29,059 bases of DNA. Source: Chlamydiia bacterium. Lineage in GTDB: Bacteria; Chlamydiota; Chlamydiia; Chlamydiales; Parachlamydiaceae. The DNA lies in the NCBI GenBank assembly GCA_038257035.1, contig JBBSJT010000016.1, forward strand, positions 1 to 29,059. Reading direction: 5' to 3'. A model generated the notes under the pieces. It was not told the DNA's origin and made no database searches. It was given only the letters and a program-made list of their open reading frames with translations. A program made the translations under genes and the position numbers. Numbering within the stretch: the first letter of the stretch is position 1; each line of letters starts with the position of its first letter. Shown in pieces: positions 1 through 8,194 of this stretch.

Positions 1-331
1 CACTAGGAATTCCAATATCTTCATTTATCATAATTGCGTAACCAGTTTCATCTCTCATTGAAAATGAAAATTCAGCATCTTCATTACTTTTTTTCTTTTT
101 TTGTTCCCAAATTTGATCATTAAACCATACTCCAAAAGTGACTTTTTTACTTTTTACCAAAGAGGTCGCCTTTGAATTCTTTTTATTATTTGCACTTGAG
201 TATTTCCAAGTTCCATTAGAATCTAAAATTGCATCTCTTCCTTCGGATGTTTTACATGTGGTTTGAGAGCCAAATAGAGCAGAAGTTAATAGGAGTGACA
301 ATACAACCAATGATGATAATTTACTTTTCAT
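1..331 (-). CDS. Secreted protein, DUF3157-like N-terminus (partial, runs off the window edge; not in ORF track)
   Basis: Hand translation: MKSKLSSLVVLSLLLTSALFGSQTTCKTSEGRDAILDSNGTWKY... A signal peptide is followed by a T-x-x-G-x-x-x-x-L-x-x-x-G-T-W-x-Y motif, and the frame is open to base 2. Confidence 0.7.
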   Translation of the reverse strand, partial: MKSKLSSLVVLSLLLTSALFGSQTTCKTSEGRDAILDSNGTWKYSSANNKKNSKATSLVKSKKVTFGVWFNDQIWEQKKKKSNEDAEFSFSMRDETGYAIMINEDIGIPS

Positions 332-373
332 TTTTTTCCCTTTTTTATAATTTATGAAATGCCAAAAAGAAAA

Positions 374-402
374 ATTGTAGGTGTTTTCAGATTTTTTTGC
401 AA
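374..402 (-). promoter_or_regulatory. sigma66/70-type promoter for the 1..331 gene
   Basis: TTGCAA-N17-TACAAT on the minus strand. Confidence 0.55.
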
Positions 403-657
403 AGCAAATGTTTTTCGTATCACTTTGAGTTTATGTAGTTTATGTTATTAAATAATTGAAAAACCCATAAAAACAGGCTTAAACACCCAGGCAGAGGGGA
501 TATGGGATAAATTTGGGAATTTATTTAAAATTGACATCAATATATTTAAAATAAAGGCTGCGATACAATGGAGAAACATCATGAGAGTAATATCCTAAAT
601 TCAGACGGTATGTTTAGAAATCTACATTAATCAGATTTGAATGATCCATCTTCCATA

Positions 658-957
658 TTAAACCTCTTCCTTGATTTTTAATTTTTCATCTTTGAATCCG
701 GAAACAATCCATTGAGTGACTTTTATGAAAATCCATACAAGAGATTTAACATATATAATAACAGTAATTAAGGCTTCTAGCACATAACCCTTTGCTAAAT
801 CACCCCTTAGAATGTTCGAAATAAAAGTTGGAGCATAGGATAAAATTTCGTAAAAGCTCGACCTTTCAAAAAGCGGTATTAAATCTAAAATTGCTACAAC
901 AGCTATCAATACACAAAATGCTGTTGCCATCCTGTTAAATCCCTTTTCATAATTCAT
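658..957 (-). CDS. Hypothetical membrane protein (2 TM)
   Basis: 99-aa ORF, AGGAG SD upstream, two hydrophobic segments. Confidence 0.7.
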   Translation of the reverse strand: MNYEKGFNRMATAFCVLIAVVAILDLIPLFERSSFYEILSYAPTFISNILRGDLAKGYVLEALITVIIYVKSLVWIFIKVTQWIVSGFKDEKLKIKEEV

Positions 958-1056
958 AAAGCTAAACTCCTTTTTATTTAATTTATACCCTATCCGAAGG
1001 GCTATTTTTTATTAGAATCCCATTGCTAGAAAGAATCCTTTCCGGCAATCGAGAAA

Positions 1057-1176
1057 TTATTTGTCGTTAAAGTGATCCTTTATATCATCGCCCTTGATAT
1101 ACCATTTTTTGCCAAGTTTCTTGCCTTTAAGAATTCCTTCTCTGATCATTTTTGTAACGGAATGACCAAAATATCT
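1057..1176 (-). pseudogene. Remnant of an excisionase-type (HTH_17/MerR-like) DNA-binding protein, C-terminal half
   Basis: Reads ...HSVTKMIREGILKGKKLGKKWYIKGDDIKDHFNDK*, matching the IRxGxLxGxKxGxxWxI wing motif. An in-frame TGA upstream removes the first helices. Confidence 0.6.
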
Positions 1177-1322
1177 TCAAAAATGGAAATCTGTAGAGAA
1201 AGCTTTTATCGAAGTCTCTCACAAAAGGGTAAGGCTAGATTTTTAATGCTTGGCAACGCGGTAAATCTGGTGGTTTAGATTGATTTCCATCCTACACACG
1301 CAAAAGTTGGTTTTTGTCTTGA

Positions 1323-1505
1323 TTATTTTGGGTTACATTTACCTATTATAACAGACAACATATTACATATTATTATGAACACCGTAAAAACATATATTGT
1401 ATAATAAATATTATCCATTTCAATATTTAGAAACCATTTTTCTAGTTGGCTATAATTCTCCATTGCCGTTTTTTCTATTACTTCGATGAACTCACTAACT
1501 TTCAT
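1323..1505 (-). CDS. Small hypothetical membrane protein
   Basis: 60-aa ORF, AAGGA SD, one C-terminal hydrophobic helix. Confidence 0.5.
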   Translation of the reverse strand: MKVSEFIEVIEKTAMENYSQLEKWFLNIEMDNIYYTIYVFTVFIIICNMLSVIIGKCNPK

Positions 1506-1609
1506 TTTAATCCTTTAAAGAGTGTTTTTTTATGACTTTGAAATTATTTACTCGAAAACAACGGTGCCTTGTTATTTATTTCATAAGAACTATCATTTTA
1601 GATATAGCT

Positions 1610-1843
1610 TTAAGTTGTTAGGTTTGATAGAAATGCTTTTACATGCTTAAGTGATAGAACACACCACATACCTAAATAGTAAGAATTTGTTTCTATTTTT
1701 TTAAGGTTTATATTTTCATTCTTATTTTCTAAAAATATAATTTTATTAACAACCCATTTTAATGGAATCCAAAAAGCTAATGATATTAAATACCATAAAA
1801 TGAAATCGACGAAATAGTAGAGATAGAAATATAAATAATGCAT
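1610..1843 (-). CDS. Small hypothetical membrane protein (start moved to ATG 1843)
   Basis: AAGGA SD 6 nt before ATG 1843; aromatic/hydrophobic N-terminal half. Confidence 0.45.
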   Translation of the reverse strand: MHYLYFYLYYFVDFILWYLISLAFWIPLKWVVNKIIFLENKNENINLKKIETNSYYLGMWCVLSLKHVKAFLSNLTT

Positions 1844-1977
1844 GTGACATCCTTGGTTGTTTTGTTTAACTATATGAGCATGAGTAATTTGATAAATTAT
1901 TTTCAACTACAATGATTTATTGAAAAAGTACTTAGCCGGCCAAAATTCAAAGTAATTACTTTAAAAAGTGATCTCTC

Positions 1978-2396
1978 GTAATAGAGGGGAAACTTCTTCC
2001 CTGTGATATTGCCAAAACACAGCTCCTATGTAATATAAACGAAAGTGGGCTTCTATGTAATACTCGCGAAAGTCAGGTCAAAATTGTTCCAGAAAATTTT
2101 TAAACTCTCTTTCGCTACACTGCAACCGCCCCGACTTTACAAGAATTTCGATCATGGATTTAGTGTCCCCCTTTTCGGCTTCCTCAAATAACTTATCGGT
2201 TTTTTTAGTGAACTTTTTTGGTTTTTTTAGGCATCTCTCTCCTCAGCTGCTTATTTATATTTTTGATATGGTAACGGTTCTATTTAAGGTCATACCTACC
2301 CTCATTTTTCCTGTTTTTAATGCTGTTGGAGTCCCTTTATAAGCCTTTACAAATCCCCTTACGCTTTAAAAAGTTCATTGTAATAGAGAAGAAATT
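1978..2396 (+). repeat. Four copies of GTAATA-N5-GAAA-N-T
   Basis: Copies at 1978, 2030, 2057 and 2380. The middle two extend to CTATGTAATA-N4-CGAAAGT with a 27-bp period. Confidence 0.6.
2078..2234 (-). pseudogene. Small frameshifted ORF (51 aa if one A of the early A-run is removed)
   Basis: GAGGAG SD plus ATG at 2234. Frame 0 stops after 9 codons; the +1 frame reads PKKFTKKTDKLFEEAEKGDTKSMIEILVKSGRLQCSEREFKNFLEQF*. Confidence 0.45.
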
Positions 2397-2490
2397 AATT
2401 CTCTAACAACTCACCGGATCCGCAAACTTCCCCTTCATAGGCGGGTGGTCGCGTGCGCGCATAAGAGGGATGAAAATAGTCAGTAAAGTC

Positions 2491-2649
2491 TTATTTTGTG
2501 TTTAGTCCACATTCAACGCTCAACTCGATGAGAGCAGCTATATCGCCATTTTCCATCCGCCCCCATTTGTCCATTCTTGCTTTCGCGCTCTTCATTAATT
2601 CAGCACGCCTTTTTATCTTTTCTTGAGTTTTAACCAGTTCTTTCTTCAT
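2491..2649 (-). CDS. 52-aa hypothetical protein (below ORF-track cutoff)
   Basis: GAGGTG SD, ATG overlapping the 3' end of the HGGxSTG-like gene; MKKELVKTQEKIKRRAELMKSAKARMDKWGGWKNGDIAALIELSVECGLNTK*. Confidence 0.65.
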   Translation of the reverse strand: MKKELVKTQEKIKRRAELMKSAKARMDKWGRMENGDIAALIELSVECGLNTK

Positions 2650-2893
2650 TAATCACCTCGATTTCATGATTAATTGCCTTCATTTCTTTTAATAAAACAC
2701 GCTGTTCCTTACGGTCTTCTTTTGCCTGAATAGTAAGCCGTCCATGTGTTTTAAACTTGCGAGAGTGTCCGAAGTGCATCCGGCACCTATTGCTTCCCTT
2801 CATTGCAGGCGACAAGCAAGGCGCGCCTCCTTTTGTTCGGCATTTAGCGCCACAAGGTTGACAGCCACCCGAAACGATTCCCTTGACTGGCAT
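2630..2893 (-). CDS. HGGxSTG-domain-like Cys/His zinc-binding protein
   Basis: CGAKCRTKGGAPCLSPAMKGSNRCRMHFGHS matches the CGAxTRxGxxCxxPAxxxxRCRxHGGxS pattern (variant HFGHS), followed by a charged helix. Confidence 0.8.
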   Translation of the reverse strand: MPVKGIVSGGCQPCGAKCRTKGGAPCLSPAMKGSNRCRMHFGHSRKFKTHGRLTIQAKEDRKEQRVLLKEMKAINHEIEVINEERTG

Positions 2894-2895
2894 AT

Positions 2896-3336
2896 TTAGC
2901 TCCCTGTCTGTGTTTGTAAAATTCCTGATCCTAGATGATTGTAAGTAATATTGATATTTTGACAGGCTCCTCCAGATCGCTTTTTTTGGAGTCTTTCCAT
3001 TGCTTCATTGCTAAAACGAAGTAAATTTAAACCCAGTGTTTGATCTTGTTTGTGAGGATGGCTAAGCATACGAAGCCCCATAAGGTGACTGCTTACAATT
3101 TGCGCCCCATAGATCATCTCGATTGTATCTCGAGGATCAATGCCTTTCATAAGACTAATAATCCCCTCAATCTCTTCTTTTGAGATTTCCATATCATCAT
3201 AACCATATGACCTCTGCTTTTGTGAGTTACAGATTGCCTTCGAAGCCTCAATAATAAGAAGCTTGGCTGATTGTTCATCTGCTGTAAATGCTTTAACTAA
3301 AGGAAGCAATTTATCAGGTATTTTTATTTCTTTCAT
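2896..3336 (-). CDS. Hypothetical protein, paralog A' of 3795..4301
   Basis: Shares PxDxIE...Q...GL...LxKxRxxGA-QxINxxYNH with 3795..4301. Confidence 0.8.
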   Translation of the reverse strand: MKEIKIPDKLLPLVKAFTADEQSAKLLIIEASKAICNSQKQRSYGYDDMEISKEEIEGIISLMKGIDPRDTIEMIYGAQIVSSHLMGLRMLSHPHKQDQTLGLNLLRFSNEAMERLQKKRSGGACQNINITYNHLGSGILQTQTGS

Positions 3337-3372
3337 GAGGGGGCAGTCCTTTTTTTAAGTATATGCCATGCG

Positions 3373-3588
3373 TTAATACCAATAAAAATAAGATTCTTTT
3401 GCTCTTTCTTTAAATTTCTCATTCTCATCTCTATGTTTCAAAATTGCTTTTGAAGCTCTTTCTACCCCTTCTTTATCTCCTTTCTCTTTAGCCTTGATAA
3501 AACGTTTAGATAGACCCATATATTTCCTGCACCTTTCATTGTAAAAAGCTTCTACTTTTTTGTAATCACACCATTCATAATCATACAT
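3373..3588 (-). CDS. Small helical hypothetical protein, paralog B' of 3581..3793
   Basis: 71 aa; ungapped alignment with its neighbour; start overlaps the upstream gene's 3' end. Confidence 0.8.
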   Translation of the reverse strand: MYDYEWCDYKKVEAFYNERCRKYMGLSKRFIKAKEKGDKEGVERASKAILKHRDENEKFKERAKESYFYWY

Positions 3589-3793
3589 CCCAACAGTAAC
3601 CCCCTTTTTCAGCCCTTTCTTTATGTTTAGATTCTTGCGAGCTGTGCTTCCTATAAGCTAACCTTGCTTTTTCTGCATATATAGTATCACCACTTTCAGA
3701 GGCTTCTTTGAATTTTTTATACAGTTCGAATCGTTTCCATGAACTTTTTTCACTAAATTTCTCTACTTCATCCTGACTGTTCCAAGCAACCAT
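3581..3793 (-). CDS. Small helical hypothetical protein, paralog B (start moved to ATG 3793)
   Basis: GGAGG SD before ATG 3793; the 70-aa length matches its paralog. Confidence 0.8.
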   Translation of the reverse strand: MVAWNSQDEVEKFSEKSSWKRFELYKKFKEASESGDTIYAEKARLAYRKHSSQESKHKERAEKGGYCWDV

Positions 3794-3794
3794 A

Positions 3795-4301
3795 TTAAAT
3801 AACCTCCATTTCTTGTAATGCTTCCTCTTTAACAACTTTGATATTATTAATTTGTCCTTGATTGTGATTATATTGGACATTGATAAGTTGCGCGCCTTTA
3901 GTGCGATACTTTGTTAAAGAATCTAAAACCTGATGACCAAATTCAAAGAGGCTTATTGTTGCTGCGTAGCCAACTTGGGAGCTTTCTAAACCTCGAATAT
4001 ATGTTATGGCAAATTGACTTGCTAACGCCGCTTCGATTGCGTCCGCAGGCTGTAAAGATTCAATTAGGTTTACAACAAGCTGAATTTGATCCTCTGAAAC
4101 CATTGGTTGTTGTTTCTTGCCATAATCGCGACTATAGGTGCTTGGCTCCAATGGTGTCTTTAAACCATAAGCTCCTTTAATAGCTCCTTGTATAATCATT
4201 TTGATTACTTTTGGATTTTCTTTTGGCTTAACCTGCATTCCTAACTTTGGAATTGTGGCAACAGGGAAAGCAAGATCTTCGCGAGATACTTTTTTAGCCA
4301 T
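3795..4301 (-). CDS. Hypothetical protein, paralog A
   Basis: GAGG SD before ATG 4301; PADAIEAALASQ motif. Confidence 0.8.
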   Translation of the reverse strand: MAKKVSREDLAFPVATIPKLGMQVKPKENPKVIKMIIQGAIKGAYGLKTPLEPSTYSRDYGKKQQPMVSEDQIQLVVNLIESLQPADAIEAALASQFAITYIRGLESSQVGYAATISLFEFGHQVLDSLTKYRTKGAQLINVQYNHNQGQINNIKVVKEEALQEMEVI

Positions 4302-4312
4302 TTTAAACCTCA

Positions 4313-5365
4313 TTATTTGGAAAAATCATAGAAAACCTTTCCTTTATTGTAATAATCAATTCCCTTTAAAATCCATTCACGGAGATTTACCCCATGGTCT
4401 TTAAATGCATCACCCGGACTTTTCCCTTTAGGGACTGGCCATGGCTTTATATGGTGATATGTGGACTTCCAGAAACTATAAGCTTTTTTACCTGAATCAT
4501 CAAAGTCAAGCGCATAGAGTACTGTTGTGGCTTGCCGTATTATCCGATCCGTTATGATGTCCGGTCTAATAGTTACACCACCTAAAGCTATGCAAGAACA
4601 ACAATCTGCAGCAAGTTGTTGAAGGAGCATTGCATCAAGTTCTGCCTCTACAATTACAAGTGGCTTATAAATGTCTCCATAAAATGAAGGGCATGTAATT
4701 CCCCCTGCAGTAATGTGATATTTGGGATATTCATCACCCTCTTTCCAGTTATGTCGCCGAATTTTTACCCTAACAGGAATATCATCTCTAAAAGAGGGAA
4801 TAACGATCCCCTGAGGTAAACATAATAACCGAGATCCACCCTCTTTCGACAAATCCGGTAGCCCCCACAGCTCCCTTGGCTCAAAAACATCTTTCGAATT
4901 CCATCCCAATTGAAAATCAACTATGCTTTGAATTGTAAGCCCCCTATCTTTATCTGCATTGAGGAGATTAGGGTTTTCAAGCAAATATTGATGGCTTTTT
5001 TGAACAAAATCAGCTGACCTTTGTTCCCATTCCTTTGAAGGCATTGCTAATGACTTGGCAATAAATTTCTCTTTAGGACGTACCAAAAGATTTCTTGATG
5101 AATTTTTGGACTGCTTACCAACTTTGAGACAGGCTGATTTAAAATCCATACCCATGTAATCCCGACAAAATTGAATAGCATCACCTGAACGCAAACATTT
5201 CCGACACCAAAAACGACCATCACTGCCCTCTTCTGGCCAGACGCAAAATCGATCTTTTCCGTCACAAGATGCATCCGGACATGGTGAATGGTATTCCCCT
5301 CCTTTAGAAGCTGCAACTTTTAGTGGGTGAACCCCCAATTCTTTCAACAGATCAAGTACATTCAT
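4313..5365 (-). CDS. DNA primase: P4-alpha-type Zn ribbon plus TOPRIM domain
   Basis: GGEYHSPCP...CDGKDRF...FWCRKC...GDAI zinc ribbon; TOPRIM motifs LVIVEAELDA and ALDFDDSG. Confidence 0.9.
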   Translation of the reverse strand: MNVLDLLKELGVHPLKVAASKGGEYHSPCPDASCDGKDRFCVWPEEGSDGRFWCRKCLRSGDAIQFCRDYMGMDFKSACLKVGKQSKNSSRNLLVRPKEKFIAKSLAMPSKEWEQRSADFVQKSHQYLLENPNLLNADKDRGLTIQSIVDFQLGWNSKDVFEPRELWGLPDLSKEGGSRLLCLPQGIVIPSFRDDIPVRVKIRRHNWKEGDEYPKYHITAGGITCPSFYGDIYKPLVIVEAELDAMLLQQLAADCCSCIALGGVTIRPDIITDRIIRQATTVLYALDFDDSGKKAYSFWKSTYHHIKPWPVPKGKSPGDAFKDHGVNLREWILKGIDYYNKGKVFYDFSK

Positions 5366-5855
5366 AATTTCTCCTTAAAATAATAAACATATCTCGACAG
5401 TCTTGAAGATTAGGTAATTCGTATTTATCCCCATTTCGAATAAACAACTGATCTAACAAATCGTGAAAATCACTTTGCTCTGGTTTTTGGTATTTCGAAA
5501 AATTTGATTTTAAACACCAAAAAGTGAAATCAACCCAAAGAGATCTTAAAGCTACCATTCGCTGAGGCCATCCCATCGCTCTTCCAACTACAGGTTGAGA
5601 GACCTCAAGATGACCTTCTTCCATTGCGATAGTTAACCTTTGTAAAACAATTCGAGTTCCATTTGCTATAACCTTTAATTTTGGTGGGTAACAAACGTGA
5701 CAAGGGTGACGTTCGAGTGAAAATGGTGTCACGTTAAGAGAATCTAGTCTTGTAGCAAGAGTGGCAAATTGATCTAATCGCGAAATAACTTTTAGTTCTG
5801 TCACGTTGTCACTCTCGTCACTTAACATTATTTCACTCATGATTCGCCTTTTCAT
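5352..5855 (-). CDS. Hypothetical replication-module protein; C-terminus resembles the winged-helix tail of phage primase/helicases; start uncertain
   Basis: Overlaps both neighbours. The C-terminal LWVDFTFWC...YELPNLQDCRDMF recalls D5-type helicase tails (from memory), and the 5' part overlaps the iteron cluster. Confidence 0.6.
   Translation of the reverse strand: MKRRIMSEIMLSDESDNVTELKVISRLDQFATLATRLDSLNVTPFSLERHPCHVCYPPKLKVIANGTRIVLQRLTIAMEEGHLEVSQPVVGRAMGWPQRMVALRSLWVDFTFWCLKSNFSKYQKPEQSDFHDLLDQLFIRNGDKYELPNLQDCRDMFIILRRNYECT
5688..5821. other. Putative replication origin (oppositely oriented GTGAC/GTCAC iterons)
   Basis: GTAAC/GTGAC/GTGAC at 5688, 5697 and 5706; GTCAC at 5728, 5800, 5808 and 5817; immediately downstream of the helicase gene. 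Confidence 0.7.
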
Positions 5856-7710
5856 CAGTCAATACTTTAGAAGTAAATCGATATACCCTTGTGCTTTTCT
5901 TAGCTCCAGGCAAACGTTCAGATCGTGTGGCACCTCCTTTCGAGTCAGCCATAAGGAGTTTATTCTTTAAACAGACACGAGCGAAAAGTTCTGGATCAAA
6001 GCCTTTACATATCTCGCGTTTAAAAGATTCGGGGAAAACATAAAATTCTTCTCCTTCTTCACAAGATCTTCGAAAGCCAACTCTCATAAAGGTCTTGCTA
6101 TATTTTTCTTGATCGTCAACCACCCAAGGAGTGAAACGACTTTCCCCATGTTGTTCAAAAAAATGATGAGCATGAGATATTATTTCCCGCTCTTCTTGTG
6201 AACCAATATCACCTCTAGCCCTTAACCAATCATTAAAACAATGCATGGCGGCTTCAATTGCGACCCCTTCATTCCAACCGGTAATTCCAAAATTTGTTGC
6301 AAGCTCACCGGCAATAGCTATTAAAGAAAAGCGATTAAAGGCACGATACACTTGTCCAGAAGCTGAAGCGGGGACAAATTTTTTTGATAATTCAGCCATC
6401 AAATTGTTTGAAAAAGAAATTATTTTCTTCTGATCCTCCAATAAGCAGCGAATAAACTCTATACCGGCTGAACCATAAAAAGATTGGCACAAATACCCTA
6501 TCTGTTCGGCAAAATTCTGTCCATTCTCAGCACCATGTAAATTTTGGAAACAACCGTATTCCTGACCATCGGCAGGTATATCAAGCACTCGAACTTCCTG
6601 ACCCGCCCTTACTTTTTGTTTTGCCTCTAACATGTGATCTGATAATGAAATTTCCCCTGACGATAAAAAAAGCAATCTCCAATTTTTACGTTTACGAGAA
6701 TCGCCGAGTTTATCCGAACGTGTTTTGCCCGTGCCGTTAGCTAACATATAAGCGACTTTCCCAATCTCACAACCGTCCATTTGACCCATTTCATCAAGAA
6801 CGAGCAAACTATCATTGTGTGCGGCCGCGGTTCCCTCTAATCCATTTGCTGTGGCGCGCCATTGTTGTAAATAATCAGACCCACCCCACACTGAAGCTGC
6901 AGCCCTTAAACATGTTGTTTTGCCTGATGAGGAACCTCCACGGAAATGAACTCCTCCGTTTTCTAGTCCTAGAGGAAGTAATAATGGGGGCGCAAAAGCC
7001 GCACTTAGAGCAAATATTAAGCGAGAGTTTCCAACACATTGTGCCGGTATCTGTTTCCATGCAAGTATACTACCAGAAACCGATTGTGTAGGAACTAAGC
7101 CAGTAGCTGTTTGAAGAATAAGCGGTTCATCACCACAATTTCCAATGGTTTCATTTTGAAATACAAATGCTTTTAGCTCTTTATTCCAACCTGTTTGATC
7201 TACACATCTAACAGTTTTGTTTGGCCTTGATGTTTGAATATAAATCGTAAGAAGTTGACGAGCCGATTTACCTGGATCAATTAGTAACCCCTTGGACAAT
7301 AACTCCTGTCTGTAAACAGCTCCATCAGTGGCAAGAAGCTGCATCGGCATCGCCCATGAATGCTCTAGGTTATCAAGATCAAAAAAACGAAGTAACCTTC
7401 CATGATTTTCCCCCACTTGATCACGAGTTCTTGCCACCACTTCCAATTTGGAACAAATCCGAATAACTGTCGGGGAATTTTCAGAATCTGTATCTTTTAA
7501 ATAAGTTAACCAACCTTCTTTATCAAAAATAAAACCGTCAGGCAAATTTGTATCTCCATACAATCTGTCTAAATCTTCTGCTCTAGCTACAGATAAAGAT
7601 TCATTGTCTAATAGTTTTTCTTGTTCTAATAGTGAAATGATGCGATTAGGCTTTTCAAATTGAGGAATTTCTAGTTGATGTTCACTAAGTGATATGTTAT
7701 TATCTTCCAT
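5833..7710 (-). CDS. DUF927-domain replicative helicase/ATPase (Cch-like)
   Basis: Walker A GGSSSGKTT, WRATANGLEG, Walker B LLVLDEMG, YMLANGTGKTR, LFLSSGE. Confidence 0.9.
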   Translation of the reverse strand: MEDNNISLSEHQLEIPQFEKPNRIISLLEQEKLLDNESLSVARAEDLDRLYGDTNLPDGFIFDKEGWLTYLKDTDSENSPTVIRICSKLEVVARTRDQVGENHGRLLRFFDLDNLEHSWAMPMQLLATDGAVYRQELLSKGLLIDPGKSARQLLTIYIQTSRPNKTVRCVDQTGWNKELKAFVFQNETIGNCGDEPLILQTATGLVPTQSVSGSILAWKQIPAQCVGNSRLIFALSAAFAPPLLLPLGLENGGVHFRGGSSSGKTTCLRAAASVWGGSDYLQQWRATANGLEGTAAAHNDSLLVLDEMGQMDGCEIGKVAYMLANGTGKTRSDKLGDSRKRKNWRLLFLSSGEISLSDHMLEAKQKVRAGQEVRVLDIPADGQEYGCFQNLHGAENGQNFAEQIGYLCQSFYGSAGIEFIRCLLEDQKKIISFSNNLMAELSKKFVPASASGQVYRAFNRFSLIAIAGELATNFGITGWNEGVAIEAAMHCFNDWLRARGDIGSQEEREIISHAHHFFEQHGESRFTPWVVDDQEKYSKTFMRVGFRRSCEEGEEFYVFPESFKREICKGFDPELFARVCLKNKLLMADSKGGATRSERLPGAKKSTRVYRFTSKVLTDEKANHE

Positions 7711-7727
7711 AGAAAGCCTTATAAGTT

Positions 7728-7757
7728 AAAAGCCACTACGTTCTAGCGCAGTGGCTT
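7728..7757 (-). terminator. Terminator/attenuator-like hairpin just upstream of the helicase gene
   Basis: Minus strand AAGCCACTGCG-CTAGAA-CGTAGTGGCTT-TT. Confidence 0.5.
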
Positions 7758-7800
7758 ATGTTAATTAAACTTACACCTTAAGGTGCTTTGCAATTGATCG

Positions 7801-7841
7801 TGCCTCAACTTCCAACCTTTTGGGGTTGAGGTGTTTTTTTT
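7801..7841 (+). terminator. Intrinsic terminator antisense to the element genes
   Basis: GCCTCAACT...GGTTGAGGT stem, with G-U pairs valid only on the plus strand, followed by T8. Confidence 0.6.
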
Positions 7842-7879
7842 CCCGTTCATATTTATACCACGGGTTATAGCGAGAAAAC

Positions 7880-8194
7880 TCACGAATGAGCTGCTCCCTT
7901 GTTACAGGACATCGTTTCATATTTATCTCCTTGTTTATAACGATTCTCAACTTGTTTGATTAAAGTGAAAAATATTTTAGGTTCAACTAATACTCGCCGG
8001 TTCACACGGATAAAAGCTTCCTTAATACCCATTTCTTCTGCCCTGTAAATATACGCGCGCAGCGCAGATTCACTTGGCCAAGGATGCTCTGCACAAAATT
8101 GTCTGATTGTTAAGAGCTGCCCTTTCTTTGGTTCCAACCAATCAGTCACCTTATCGATACCATTTTGTTTACCAACTACGGTGGCATTTATCAT
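7880..8194 (-). CDS. Excisionase/AlpA-like DNA-binding protein
   Basis: LLTIRQFCAEHPWPSESALRAYIY...FIRVNRRVLVE winged-HTH pattern; AAGGAGG SD; position between integrase and replication genes. Confidence 0.75.
   Translation of the reverse strand: MINATVVGKQNGIDKVTDWLEPKKGQLLTIRQFCAEHPWPSESALRAYIYRAEEMGIKEAFIRVNRRVLVEPKIFFTLIKQVENRYKQGDKYETMSCNKGAAHS

Noticed and set aside
531..560. Perfect TTGACA on the plus strand
   Set aside because: No properly spaced -10 element and no downstream plus-strand gene.
2026..2073. Mini-CRISPR interpretation of the 27-bp-period repeat
   Set aside because: Only two imperfect units with a ~6-bp gap, and no cas genes.
2255..2438. Possible decayed ORF (MKGKFADPVSC*RINFFS...)
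   Set aside because: It needs both a stop readthrough and a frameshift, and has no recognisable motif.
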